Notes under the pieces: model-generated
Seen by the model: only the letters and a program-made list of their open reading frames with translations
Database searches by the model: none
What the model was told of the DNA's origin: nothing
NCBI GenBank assembly: GCA_965203315.1
Contig: CBDBCE010000005.1
Span: 24,660 to 88,659, forward strand
Length of the DNA: 64,000 nt
From: Nitrosopumilus sp.
Lineage (GTDB): Archaea; Thermoproteota; Nitrososphaeria; Nitrososphaerales; Nitrosopumilaceae
Direction: 5' to 3'
Shown: piece by piece, positions 11,024 to 21,732 of the stretch
Numbering within the stretch: position 1 is the stretch's first letter
Layout: each line of letters opens with the position of its first letter
Translations under genes and position numbers: made by a program

Positions 11024-11647
11024 ATGCGCAAAAAGAGAGGTCTCATCCGAGAGAGGATAATTCGAATATTACTCAACAATCCTAGTGGCGATCTCACAAA
11101 ATACAGGGTGGCGAAATTAGCAGACGCTGCATATTCTTGGGTACATGACTTTCTCAAGAATTTAGAAAGTAACAGTTTGATAAAAAAGACCAGTGTTGCA
11201 AACCATCAAGGCCTCTTCTCGCTTTGGAGGGAGTTTCAGATTATTCCTGAGAAGAGAGAATACATGATTCAAGATCCGTTCAAGATCCTCAAATCCAATG
11301 CACTAAAATATGCTCTTACTACATATGTGGGAGAAAATTTAATGCAAAAATATCTCATCCCTTCCCGTGTTGATTTTTACATAGATCCAAAAGACAAAGC
11401 AAAGTGGCATGACATTCTCTCTAATAGTGGTCTTGTCGGAAAAGGCAATGTTCGAGTGTTGATTGGTGACACCCATGTCTTTTACAACATGTTTGAAAGA
11501 GAAGGACTCAACACTGTCTCGATTCCCCAACTGATCGTAGATCTCTTGAGAGAGGGAGGCCCGTGTGGAGAGGCAGCCGAGATGCTTATAGAAAAAGAGG
11601 AAGAACGGTTTGCATTAGACAATGAGAAAAGCCTAAGTCAATTATAG
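11024..11647 (+). CDS. wHTH protein resembling a type IV TA AbiEi-like antitoxin
   Basis: N-terminal HTH; YALT...VDFYI...VSIPQLIVDL..EGG..GEAAE.L pattern. Confidence 0.55.
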   Translation: MRKKRGLIRERIIRILLNNPSGDLTKYRVAKLADAAYSWVHDFLKNLESNSLIKKTSVANHQGLFSLWREFQIIPEKREYMIQDPFKILKSNALKYALTTYVGENLMQKYLIPSRVDFYIDPKDKAKWHDILSNSGLVGKGNVRVLIGDTHVFYNMFEREGLNTVSIPQLIVDLLREGGPCGEAAEMLIEKEEERFALDNEKSLSQL

Positions 11648-11793
11648 CACTCTGTTTTACATCTGATGATGCGTGGATTGACATAGTAGATGCTAAATGC
11701 AGAATCTCTAACTTGTCTCGATCTCGATATCTAAAATGCTCGTTTACTAAAGTTTACACACGGTTTAAATTATGTGCGATGTATTGTCTAGTG

Positions 11794-12303
11794 ATGAAGA
11801 TATCTGCCAAAATTAAAAAGGCACTAAACGATCAGATTGCACTAGAAGCAGACGCATCTAACAAATATCTCTCAATGGCATCCTGGTGTGAAATTACTGG
11901 CTATGGTGGTGGATCTGCTTACTTTTATGCTCAGTCTGATGAAGAGCGTACTCATATGCTAAAGATCGTACATTATCTAAACGATATTGGAGTTTCAGCT
12001 ATAATTCCTGCAATATCTGCACCTATGTCTTCTTACAAATCTCTTGAAGAGACGATAAAGATCGCATTAAAGAGTGAGCAAAATGTGACCCAAGCGATCA
12101 ACAAGATAGTAGAGATTGCACAACGCGAGGGTGATCATGCTACATATGTATTTCTAGAATGGTTTGTAACTGAACAACTTCATGAAGAGACAAAGTTCGA
12201 AACTCTATTGCAAAAGTTTGATCTAATTGGTCGAGACAAACTCGCAATAAATGAGATAGATAAAATTATGGCTATTGAATCTACCTCTACAGATCAGCCC
12301 TAG
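11794..12303 (+). CDS. ftnA: Non-heme ferritin
   Basis: LNDQIALE...YLSMASW, EERTH, FLEWFVTEQLHEE ferroxidase motifs. Confidence 0.9.
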   Translation: MKISAKIKKALNDQIALEADASNKYLSMASWCEITGYGGGSAYFYAQSDEERTHMLKIVHYLNDIGVSAIIPAISAPMSSYKSLEETIKIALKSEQNVTQAINKIVEIAQREGDHATYVFLEWFVTEQLHEETKFETLLQKFDLIGRDKLAINEIDKIMAIESTSTDQP

Positions 12304-12309
12304 TATGAT

Positions 12310-12648
12310 GTGATGATGACAGTTATAGTCACACGCATGCCTGGAAATATAACACAACTGTTCAATACTGATACTGGCAGAATTACGTACAAGTGTAGAT
12401 CAGACTCGGCGTATCTACTACTGGATGCATTTGGGGGAATTGTCAAATTTAACAAAAAAGGTGCGACAGCAACTGTTGCTGGACATATAACTGAACTTGA
12501 TTTTTGTGACGTACTCAAAAAAGGCCATGTAGATTACCAGATTGCACTTGAATCTATAGTTAAATCACATGTCGAGTTTGCACAACAGACATCTGATAAA
12601 CAACAAGATTTTATTCATGAATTAGAACACAAGCTATCTGGCCTTTGA
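12310..12648 (+). CDS. Hypothetical protein
   Basis: 112-aa ORF starting 7 nt after the ferritin stop. Confidence 0.55.
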   Translation: MMMTVIVTRMPGNITQLFNTDTGRITYKCRSDSAYLLLDAFGGIVKFNKKGATATVAGHITELDFCDVLKKGHVDYQIALESIVKSHVEFAQQTSDKQQDFIHELEHKLSGL

Positions 12649-13083
12649 TATCTCTATTACTATGTGTATGGTAGAACACAACATGAATCTCTTCTACAGT
12701 GGTTGCTGTGTTAGGAATGATTTGTGGAATTCGTTTTTCATATTTGAGTATTCTTGTCGAACTGAATCATGTCACAATTAATTCTGTTATGTTGGATAAT
12801 GGTGTCTATCTGCAAAGATCGATAGGAAGCGATCGAGCATCTACAATTGATTAGAATGATTTGACGATCTTGACTTTGTAACCCATCTCGTAGACACTGA
12901 TACTACATCTGAACTCGGTTGCGTTGTGGATCAAAGTTTGTAAGATATCTGGGATGTTGAACACAAAGTCAGTCTACTCATCACATCGTCTTTGGTAGAT
13001 CTTGGTCGTTAAATTGATGTTCTGCCAATCTTGGTCGTAGATTTCACGCTTTGTATAAATTAGAGTAGTATGTAAACCACTTT

Positions 13084-13464
13084 GTGAGGAAATCAGTAGA
13101 AAATTTAGCTACGAGTAAGACGACTGGTGGTCGAAGACACCCGTTGCGTACTAGACGCAAGTACGAGACTGATCGATATCCAAATGAAGCTACAAGCGGA
13201 GCCCAAGTTACAATAACGAGAAGAGTTAGGGGGAACAACCGAAAGACTGCATTAAAGTCGATCGATTTTGTAAATCTTGCAGATGGTTCAAAAACAACAA
13301 AGACCAAGATCATCAAGGTTTTAGAGAATGCAACAAATAACGATTATCAGAGGCGTGGAATTATTACTAAAGGCGCAATACTGGAGACTCAAGAAGGCAA
13401 ATGTAGAGTGATATCCAAACCCGGACAGCAAGGAATAGTCAATGCGGTACTGATCAAGCAATGA
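13084..13464 (+). CDS. rps8e: 30S ribosomal protein S8e
   Basis: TGGR...RRKYE, RVRGNN.K, RRGIITKGAILET, SKPGQQGIVNAVL. Confidence 0.95.
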   Translation: MRKSVENLATSKTTGGRRHPLRTRRKYETDRYPNEATSGAQVTITRRVRGNNRKTALKSIDFVNLADGSKTTKTKIIKVLENATNNDYQRRGIITKGAILETQEGKCRVISKPGQQGIVNAVLIKQ

Positions 13465-13760
13465 AAGACTATGAACACTTTGTAGTTTGGTTGGATTATT
13501 TTAACAAAAATTTGAAGAGATCCAAAGGTAGACGAATGAGTCTAGAAAATTGCATATATGATCCAACACTAAAAGAACTTATGGATGCTACAAAATCAGC
13601 TGGTTTTGAGATCACAGAATCGGCAGATAGAGTTAGATTTCCGCGAAGACCATTTGTTAGATCTGGCTATGTAGTATTACCAAAACAACTATCAAAGACC
13701 AAAGTCCTTACTAAAATATCAAAAAGCCTTGTTGCAAAGAGACACAAGCACTCCAAATGA
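13461..13760 (+). CDS. srp19: Signal recognition particle 19 kDa protein
   Basis: VWLDYFNKNLKRSKGRR...PTLKEL...FPR; overlaps rps8e by ATGA. Confidence 0.9.
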   Translation: MKDYEHFVVWLDYFNKNLKRSKGRRMSLENCIYDPTLKELMDATKSAGFEITESADRVRFPRRPFVRSGYVVLPKQLSKTKVLTKISKSLVAKRHKHSK

Positions 13761-13902
13761 TATCTAGTAAATACTCGTTATATTGTTCAAACTCATTTTA
13801 GTATCCATAATTTGTTTATCACGTTGCTACTACGAACATAATCTGATATGAAGTTTGTTTTTTTGTATAGCGTATTGCATAGATCAGTTATATTGACGTG
13901 TA

Positions 13903-15404
13903 GGATCTTTTCGATTTACGTTGGATGGATTTTTTTACAGACGCATCATTGCAAGACTTGATGAAATTATTGAAGCGAAATATTCAAACTTTGTATTAAA
14001 ATGTCAATTAAAAAAACACTTGTTATTTAATTCTGTTAGAATTTACTAGACAAATTTAAAATTATACAGAGTTTTCACTGCGTTCAGTATTAATGTGCGC
14101 CATTTATTTGCTCCTTTTATGATAATTCCAGCTCTGTCGGCTGGTGTGTCACTGTTTAAACCCATATGTGGTCTAATGTAATTGTAATGTATTCTAATTC
14201 CACGAATAAGAAAAGCATTTTTGAAGCCTTTGATTTTTTGTTCAACATGTCTAAACTTTCCATTAAAACTCTCAATCTCATTGTTGTGTACATGATCACC
14301 TGCCATGTGAATTTCTCTAATGTGAATAGATGACTTGCCTGATTTTGCTTTTGCAAATATCTTCTTAAACGATGCTTCATAACAAGCTGCGCCATCAGTT
14401 ATCAGCACAGATGGTGTTTTTTGCGCAATCTTTTCTGCTTCTTTAAATAATTTATTGACTTGTGCTTTATTTTTCTTCTTGCCAACTTGACTGCCTAGCC
14501 AAAACCTTGTTTTACGATCCAGCATCGCAAAGAGATAATGCAGTTTGCCATTGATCTCGAACCACACTTCATCAGCATGATATATCTCACCAACTTGAGG
14601 TGCGAGTGTTGAAATGTACTCATCCATCAATTTGACGTATCTTACAGTCCAGTCGTGAATGGTGGTACACCCAACTTTGACACCTTTCTTTGCCAAAAAT
14701 TGTACGACTTCACTCAAGCTAGATCCTGTAAGATGTAAATGTATTGCATCAGTTACATGCTCTGGTGACGCGGCTAGTCCCTCAAATCCCACATTTCCAG
14801 AAAACGATACCTCGCATATCTTGCAGTAATATTTTTGATTATCATAATTTTTGTTAGGTCTGATGCCATTTTTTACAGTCTCTAGTGTGCCACAATGTTT
14901 ACAACAAATCTTGCCATCATTTAGTGACTCTAGCGTAGTTTCTTTTGTTTTTGTCCCAACCTCCACTACGATATCAACCATTTTGACATGTTTGCATCTC
15001 TTTTTTCCAAACTTGTAGCCTTTACAAGTGCAAAACCAATTTCCTGGTTCACCCATAACATCGTATGTTTCATCTCCTGTTTGAATCTTGACTTTGTAGT
15101 GGTTATCTTGTACTTTTTTGACACACTTGCACATTTCCAAATACTCTTTTGTAGCATCAGACATGCAGATTTGCTCTAGATTTTGCTTCACATGTGTAGT
15201 AGAAATATACTAGTATATACCACTTTTTTTAAAAAAAGTTAATTTTTTAGTTAAAAATATTTTATTCATTTAAAGTTTTCTATCATATACTAAATTACAA
15301 ATAGAAATCTAGTAAATATCACACAATTGTTTTATTTTTGAAGTGTTGGGTAGTTTTAGGAAAAAGTCGTCTAAAAAACCATCCAACGTAAATCGAAAAC
15401 ATCC
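13903..15404 (-). mobile_element. IS6-family insertion sequence (1502 bp)
   Basis: TIRs GGATCTTTTCGATTTACGTTGGATGG and CCATCCAACGTAAATCGAAAACATCC (1 mismatch); 8-bp TSD GACGTGTA (13895-13902 and 15405-15412). Confidence 0.93.
14046..15191 (-). CDS. IS6-family DDE transposase with N-terminal SWIM-like and Zn-ribbon domains
   Basis: CTC...CKH (SWIM); CKHC...CKIC; DDE motifs HADE, LITDG, NNEIESFN; YNYIRPH. Confidence 0.9.
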   Translation of the reverse strand: MKQNLEQICMSDATKEYLEMCKCVKKVQDNHYKVKIQTGDETYDVMGEPGNWFCTCKGYKFGKKRCKHVKMVDIVVEVGTKTKETTLESLNDGKICCKHCGTLETVKNGIRPNKNYDNQKYYCKICEVSFSGNVGFEGLAASPEHVTDAIHLHLTGSSLSEVVQFLAKKGVKVGCTTIHDWTVRYVKLMDEYISTLAPQVGEIYHADEVWFEINGKLHYLFAMLDRKTRFWLGSQVGKKKNKAQVNKLFKEAEKIAQKTPSVLITDGAACYEASFKKIFAKAKSGKSSIHIREIHMAGDHVHNNEIESFNGKFRHVEQKIKGFKNAFLIRGIRIHYNYIRPHMGLNSDTPADRAGIIIKGANKWRTLILNAVKTLYNFKFV

Positions 15405-16548
15405 GACGTGTAAACTGTAGTATGTAGTTCTAGACCATGTTAATTGCGTACAAAAAAATCATTGACTAGTAGGTATTCTGAGAAACATGTTGGTTTAGAA
15501 TTATTCTGCAAATCAGAATAAACTGATGATGTAATCTATGCCAAAGTGCAAAAGTATTTTCCAAGTAAATTATAGAATAGCACATGTGTAATTATGAATC
15601 CATCTTGCGGAAATCAAATGGACTTCATTTGAACGATTTTGCCTATAGAAATAACACATACACTGTTGTCATTACAAGATGAGTACGTCCATAAAAAGTA
15701 CATATACGTTCTTTTGTCGTTGTCTTGGAAAATACTTTTGCACCTTGTATATATCGGTATTTCTAAATGAGTCGTTATCAAATTGTGATTATGATCAGAA
15801 ATCTTCAGTTTATGTACCTATTTTAAAACGTAATGTCTCAACGCATCGCAAAATGTTACAAACAATTAAAAAACTTTAATCTCAAAACAATAAAATGACA
15901 AAAGAATGTAATAAATTAAAAAATAAAACAAAAAATTAAATAAACATATTGGAAATCTTGAAAAAGCAATATAACTTAGAACGGAGATAAATAAATTAAA
16001 TAAGATATTATATTCACAATTTGATTCTTTTCTGATACTCTCTATTGAAAACTCTGCACATAAATCAAACACACTCTTCCATTATTCCTGTCTCTCGTCT
16101 AGTTGAATATTGATTAAAGTTTTTGACAACACATTTGATATCTTGGAGGTAAATCTGTCACATGCTGTAAATTTATGCATTTATGTAGATCTTTTCTAAA
16201 AATGTCCCTATGATGACTCGTGGCACTTGTATGATGTTATGTTATCATAGATGTCATGTGTGATCTTTGTGAAAAGTTTGTTTTTCGTGCATAAACAACA
16301 TGTCGACCTAATGTCGTACTGGCACTTTCTGTAAGATTTTATCCCATGTGGGTTGAAAGGTTCAGATATACGTCACCTCGATAGTACGCCCCGCTAGTTT
16401 TGGTTCATATCTTGGCTTTATACGCCATTCTGGTGGATCTGAGAGGCGATCAAGCGGATCTAGAGTCAAAATTAACTGAAATATAGCTATCTACTGAAAT
16501 ATTTTTGACATACATACATGTTAGTAAGTAGTACGTTATCAACAATAA

Positions 16549-16803
16549 TTGCAGCAAGTAGGTAAGATAATGCATTTGGCCGGTAGTGGCAGAGTCATCA
16601 TTCAGCTATCTGATCGACTAGAAGAAGGGCAGATACTATATGATAAAAAACAGACCAAACTTGTCAAAATCGTCGAGCTGATAGGTCCTGTAAAGAGACC
16701 ATTTGCTTCGGCGTTACCCTTGACAAACAACATCAAAAAGTACATAGGCAATGCAGTGTATCTAACTAAACCTGCTACAAGAGATAGGAGAAAGAGACAA
16801 TGA
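16549..16803 (+). CDS. gar1: H/ACA RNP component Gar1
   Basis: IVELIGPVKRPFA motif; immediately upstream of tfb, a conserved archaeal pairing. Confidence 0.85.
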   Translation: MQQVGKIMHLAGSGRVIIQLSDRLEEGQILYDKKQTKLVKIVELIGPVKRPFASALPLTNNIKKYIGNAVYLTKPATRDRRKRQ

Positions 16804-17756
16804 ATATACTAGAAACACAAAACTGTCCTGAATGTCAATCATCGTTAATTGATGACATGCAGAATGGTGAGGTAATTTGTTCTGGTTGTGGCGTAGTAGT
16901 TGCAGATCAGATAGTCGATCACGGACCAGAGATATCGGGCTCTAATCTAGAAGACAAGATGAAGCTAGCAAGAGCTACGGGGGAAACCACTTATTCTCAA
17001 CACGACTTGGGGATAACGACCGATATTTCTGCAACTGGAAGAGACTTTAGCGGTCGAGCCATTAATAGAGATGTCCGAAACCAAATGGATAATCTTCGCA
17101 GATGGCAACAACGTGTCAGAGTTTCAACACCACGAGATCGACGCCTCACAAGTATCTTGAAAAAGATGAACGAGGTTTGTGATAGTCTTAATCTCTCAAA
17201 GAATGTCTTAGAGACTGCATCGATGATATATCGAGATATTGATGGACGTATCGATGTAAAGGGTAAATCAGTAATCAGTATGACTACTGCAACAGTCTAC
17301 ATGGCATGCAAGCAATGTGATCTAGTAAGATCACTTGAAGAGATATGTCGTAGTATATGCCCACCAAAAGACGTAAAATCAAAGACAAAGCTTGCAGCAA
17401 AGTACTATAGAACGATGGTTATGGAGATTGGTCATATCACTCCACCTGTCGTGACTATGGACAAGTACATATCCAAAATAGCAAACATCACTCAAACAGA
17501 AGTCAGAGTTGAGAGACTTGCGCTTGAGATTGCAGCAAAGACTCAAAACAACAACGTGACCGGCGGAAAGACTCCTAATGGTATTGCTGCAGCATACTTG
17601 TGTGTAGCATCGATCCTATTGGGTCAGAGTATCATGCAACGAGATGTCTCGAGCGTGGCAGGCGTGTCAGAAGTCACGATCAGAAATCGATGCAAAGAGA
17701 TTCTATCGAACTACAAACTACGAATTAAACTAAGACCTTCTTTGGGAAACAACTAG
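16800..17756 (+). CDS. tfb: Transcription initiation factor TFB
   Basis: Zn ribbon CPEC...CSGCG; two cyclin folds; GVSEVTIRNR. Confidence 0.95.
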   Translation: MNILETQNCPECQSSLIDDMQNGEVICSGCGVVVADQIVDHGPEISGSNLEDKMKLARATGETTYSQHDLGITTDISATGRDFSGRAINRDVRNQMDNLRRWQQRVRVSTPRDRRLTSILKKMNEVCDSLNLSKNVLETASMIYRDIDGRIDVKGKSVISMTTATVYMACKQCDLVRSLEEICRSICPPKDVKSKTKLAAKYYRTMVMEIGHITPPVVTMDKYISKIANITQTEVRVERLALEIAAKTQNNNVTGGKTPNGIAAAYLCVASILLGQSIMQRDVSSVAGVSEVTIRNRCKEILSNYKLRIKLRPSLGNN

Positions 17757-17835
17757 ACAAACCACATCTTTTTTTCTTTAATTAGGATTAACTAAAATTC
17801 GTTTGTATTATATAGAGAGATGAGAAAGTTGTGAT

Positions 17836-18606
17836 ATGGCTGTCTTGGAGATTCGAGATCTACATGTAGTGCGAGAAGGCAAAGAGATCCTTAAAGGAGT
17901 CAATCTAAAGACTGCTCCAGGCCAAGTTCATGCAATAATGGGACCAAACGGATCTGGCAAGAGTACACTTGCATACACACTGTTGGCACACCCCAAGTAT
18001 GAAGTAACCAAAGGTGACATCTTGTTGGATGGTCAGAGCATCTTGGAGATGACTGCAGATGAGCGCGCAAAGAAGGGACTATTTTTAGGATTCCAGTACC
18101 CTACCGAGGTTGCTGGTGTTGGCTTTTCACACTTTTTACGAACAGCATACAATTCACTAAGTAAAGCACTAGCTGGTGATGATAGGGAGGTATTCATCAC
18201 TGTTCGTGAGTTTCAAAAGTATCTAAAGGAGAACTTGGAGAAAGTTGGTTTACAAGAAGAGTTTTTGTCTCGATATTTGAACGAGGGATTCTCAGGGGGT
18301 GAGAAGAAACGCGCAGAGGTGTTACAGATGGCTGTTCTAAAACCAAAGATATCCATATTGGACGAACCAGACTCTGGACTAGATATAGATGCTGTTCAGT
18401 CAGTTGCAAAGGCGATAAGTCAAGTATCAAGTAAAGATGCAACTGTTATTGTGATAACACACTATGCTCGAATCTTAAAGTTTCTAGACAAGTTGGACTA
18501 TGTCCACGTATTTGCAAATGGTCGAATTCTCAAGACTGGTGATGCATCACTTGCAGACAAACTTGAGAGTGAAGGCTATGACTGGGTTATAGAACAGACT
18601 GTATGA
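17836..18606 (+). CDS. sufC: Fe-S assembly ABC ATPase SufC
   Basis: GPNGSGKST, FQYP, NEGFSGGEKKR, LDEPDSGLDID. Confidence 0.95.
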   Translation: MAVLEIRDLHVVREGKEILKGVNLKTAPGQVHAIMGPNGSGKSTLAYTLLAHPKYEVTKGDILLDGQSILEMTADERAKKGLFLGFQYPTEVAGVGFSHFLRTAYNSLSKALAGDDREVFITVREFQKYLKENLEKVGLQEEFLSRYLNEGFSGGEKKRAEVLQMAVLKPKISILDEPDSGLDIDAVQSVAKAISQVSSKDATVIVITHYARILKFLDKLDYVHVFANGRILKTGDASLADKLESEGYDWVIEQTV

Positions 18607-18645
18607 TTTGTAAATATAATATATGATAGTGATATATGACAAGAT

Positions 18646-19311
18646 ATGTCCGAACAGTACTATTTTGTATTTGCATTCTTTAAGGTGGATCCAAAATGGA
18701 GATGGATGGCCGATCTAGCAAAGACCGAGTCTGCAAACGAGGTTGCAAATATACTGAGAAACTTAAAGATACAGTATCGAGCATACTCTAATTTGGGTCT
18801 ACGTGATGATGCGGATTTTATGCTATGGTTTGTATCCCAATCCATAGACGAGATCCAGCTAGCCAATGAAAAGATGTATCAGAGCGTATTTGGCAAGTAT
18901 GTTGTTCCATCACTTACATATCTATCATGCACGAGGCCATCCATATACGTACAAGAACAGAAACCACTAGGATTTGTTAGTGGTGAAGAACCAAAAAAGT
19001 ATGTCATAGTATATCCATTCACAAAGACTAGAGAGTGGTATCTATTGTCTAAAGATCAGCGACAAGATATAATGGATGAACATATTAGAGTCAGCAAAAA
19101 ATATCCTCAAATCATACTAAACACGACATACTCTTTTGGGATTCATGATCAAGACTTTATGCTAGCATTTGAGGTGGATGACATTAGAGATTTCCAAGAT
19201 CTGATAATGGAGCTACGAGAGACACGTGTATCAAAATACGTAAAGAATGACGTACCCATGATAGTTGGTATTAAGAGAGATATTGTATCATTGATAACTA
19301 GCCTAGGATGA
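18646..19311 (+). CDS. Chlorite dismutase / coproheme decarboxylase family protein
   Basis: GLRDDADFMLW, YPFTKTREWY, MDEH, TYSFGIHDQDF. Confidence 0.88.
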   Translation: MSEQYYFVFAFFKVDPKWRWMADLAKTESANEVANILRNLKIQYRAYSNLGLRDDADFMLWFVSQSIDEIQLANEKMYQSVFGKYVVPSLTYLSCTRPSIYVQEQKPLGFVSGEEPKKYVIVYPFTKTREWYLLSKDQRQDIMDEHIRVSKKYPQIILNTTYSFGIHDQDFMLAFEVDDIRDFQDLIMELRETRVSKYVKNDVPMIVGIKRDIVSLITSLG

Positions 19312-19577
19312 TATACTGGATTCCTACTCTTCTATAGTCGCGAACATAATAATTTTTCTAGTCTGTAGTATCACAATTTGGCGTTAGCTGTTCTGCCAGA
19401 GGTAAATTCCGTCTCTGACCACACATGTGCGGAAGTAAACAGGAAAACAATTCCATTCGTGACTATGGCACAAGATACTAGACGTATCTAGATTGTGACT
19501 ATGACCGGCATGCTGCTGTACACCGTGATACATAATACAACATGGTTTTTTAATAGTATTGTTGTAGATTTATCTGT

Positions 19578-19701
19578 CCCAAGCTAGCTCAGCCTGGTAG
19601 AGCTTCCGGCTGTAGTTGTTGGCTTTAGATGGCTGACGAAGTAGCAGCATATCAGGCATACAGAAACCGGGTTGTCGAAGGTTCAATTCCTTCGCTTGGG
19701 A
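19578..19701 (+). tRNA. tRNA-Tyr(GTA) with a ~50-nt intron at canonical position 37/38 (about 19616-19665)
   Basis: Acceptor stem CCCAAGC/GCTTGGG, D arm GCTC-GAGC, anticodon stem TCCGG/CCGGG with GTA at 19612-14, T arm GAAGG TTCAATT CCTTC; CTGTA/TACAG helix consistent with a bulge-helix-bulge motif. Confidence 0.93.
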
Positions 19702-20082
19702 CTACACTAAAAATAGTATCTGTTTGCTAGGCCGATTCGATTTTTTAATGGTTGCCCGGCCCTCCTACGATCAACATTTTATTCTCTAGATGTATTTTGT
19801 TTCTTGTATGTGAAATAGGTGATTATAATTACAAATATCTTGCAGTATGAGACAAAACAGGAATAGTACAAACTCTAACGTGTCAAAAGCAAGCTCGTAC
19901 ATATCTGTGGTTTCTTGTTGTGTCTAACAACTTTACTACTCTCATTAACGAGTTAGAAATCTATTGTTCAATAATATTCTTGATCGACAAATGTGTATAT
20001 GAACTTGTTTCTGTTGGAGATTGTGTGTATTATGTGTATTATAGTAATTCAAGACAAACCTAATAAGTAATCTTGACAGATA

Positions 20083-20421
20083 TTGGTTATGGATAACACA
20101 CATGTAGCATATGGTTCAAAAGAATATCTGCAAGACTTACAAATTTATGTTTGTGCTATAGACAAGCAGAATTTCAAGTTAGCTAATACACTAGCTAACA
20201 GAATAATGCCTACTGAATGGGTTTTTGACAAGAAAAAAATAGGAATTTTGGGTTTTTGTCAAAAACAACTTGCTGTGATTGATGATCACGTTCTAGATAC
20301 ACAACAAAAAGCCAATATGGTTGATTGTATAGATTCTTTCACGGCGATTATTTTAAACAACTCTGTTGACATGGAAAAGTCAATCATAAATCAAATAGAT
20401 GAACAGGAGGTAGTTAATTAA
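20083..20421 (+). pseudogene. Internally deleted paralogue of the 45526-46359 protein
   Basis: EYLQDLQIY...ANTLANRIM...FDKKKIGILGFCQKQ aligns with EYRQELQTY...ANALSNRIM...FDKKSFGIFAFFQKQ. The C-termini EVVN and EVIN are shared, but ~165 aa of the middle is missing. Confidence 0.7.
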
Positions 20422-21143
20422 TGAGTTTTCTTTACAATGACACGAAAAGAAACAGCTCGTCTACAACTATTCCTGACATAACTCTACGTCATATGTCTAG
20501 CAGTGACTCACTTTTTAGTTTTTTGAAAAAGGACATAACACAAAATGGTTACAAAATTGACTATTTAGGAAATTCTAACACAAATATTAATTCTGATACT
20601 AGTTGTGAAAGCATTAATTCTAATCAAGTAATCAAATTCACGATGTTATTGCTTGGAGCTAAAAATTATGAACCAGTTTCAAGTCCATATTTGGATATAG
20701 AAATGTACATGTTGAAAGATGTGTTTCAAAAATTAGCAAACGAGTTAGACTATGTTGATCATACTCCGTATACCGACACAATTACTGAGACGCTAGTGGA
20801 TTTAATAAATATGAAACTAGTTAGAAATGATGATAATTCGTTTAAACTTACACAACAAGGTCGAGAATGCTATGAACAAGCAAAAACAAATTCAACAACC
20901 GAAGAAATTTCTGCTGTAGAAGATTTTAAAGATTTGTTTAATGATATGACTATCGACGAACTCTGGGCAATTACATATTTTTCTAACCCTGAACTAGATA
21001 TTGATATAAACATACGTAACAAGATAATGAAAAATCGTAAAGACCTTGCTTATTCAATGTACAAGAAAGGCAAGTTAAGTATTTCGAAAACAGCTTATAT
21101 GTCCGGTAAGTATTTGGAAGATGTTATGAATGAGTTAGCATAA
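20421..21143 (+). CDS. wHTH + UPF0175-like HTH protein (putative antitoxin), paralogue of 44816-45526
   Basis: KLTQQG...EDFKDLFND.T.DE...NRKDLAYSMYKKGKLSISKTA. Confidence 0.7.
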   Translation: MSFLYNDTKRNSSSTTIPDITLRHMSSSDSLFSFLKKDITQNGYKIDYLGNSNTNINSDTSCESINSNQVIKFTMLLLGAKNYEPVSSPYLDIEMYMLKDVFQKLANELDYVDHTPYTDTITETLVDLINMKLVRNDDNSFKLTQQGRECYEQAKTNSTTEEISAVEDFKDLFNDMTIDELWAITYFSNPELDIDINIRNKIMKNRKDLAYSMYKKGKLSISKTAYMSGKYLEDVMNELA

Positions 21144-21263
21144 ATAAATCAGAAATTAAAGTTTTAGATTCTACAATATTAATAAAATTTCTAAGCACTA
21201 TGAACTATCGAGAGGGCATAATTAAATTATCACAATATTGTAAAATAATCATAGCTGAAGGAG
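21140..21263 (+). pseudogene. 5' remnant of a PIN (DUF3368-like) toxin, truncated by a MITE
   Basis: Translates INKSEIKVLDSTILIKFLSTMNYREGIIKLSQYCKIIIAEG, homologous to MYEPKIKIFDAMVLIKLLSKMKCRNGIFNLSQFYDLVVPQG (44834). Confidence 0.75.
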
Positions 21264-21440
21264 GGTTCCTTTAATTTGGCGAGAGTTGACGTTGTCTGCA
21301 CAAGACTCTCTAAAACTTTTGCAAAATACAGAAATGATCTCATATCGGATATTGTAAATCTCTGCTGTTTTGAATTGAATGCTGTGTGTTTCTTGTGATA
21401 ACATTCTCTCTATCTTACCCACCATCAAATTGGCACAACC
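21264..21440. mobile_element. Degenerate MITE, family C (~175 bp)
   Basis: Colinear with 53867-54041 (shared CTCATATCG..TAT.GTAAAT..CTG.TGT and GATAAC); GGTT...AACC ends. Confidence 0.65.
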
Positions 21441-21540
21441 ATTCTATCTACCAACCATAAGGTAGAATCTTTAACAAGTATAAAATAATAAAAAGATAGA
21501 CTGATTTAACAAGATGTAGATCTTTAATTAAAAATACTGC

Positions 21541-21732
21541 CTATTCTATTTTTTTGACTTTTTGGGCTGCAGGTCCTTTTTGACCCTCGCCTACCTCGAA
21601 CTCGACTTTATCTCCGTCCCCGATCTGTCCTTCAACATCTGTCTTGTGAACAAACAGATCGTCTCCTGACTCACGTTCGATAAAACCGTAGCCCTTTATG
21701 CGATTGAACCACTTTACAGTGCCTTGTTCCAT
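21541..21732 (-). CDS. csp: Cold-shock protein
   Basis: GTVKWFN..KGYGFI, DLFVH, KGPAA; real start at MEQG (21732). Confidence 0.93.
   Translation of the reverse strand: MEQGTVKWFNRIKGYGFIERESGDDLFVHKTDVEGQIGDGDKVEFEVGEGQKGPAAQKVKKIE

Noticed and set aside
15420-16500. Short ORFs 15679-15879 and 15866-16072
   Set aside because: Low-complexity AT-rich spacer with no protein-like features; probably decayed DNA.
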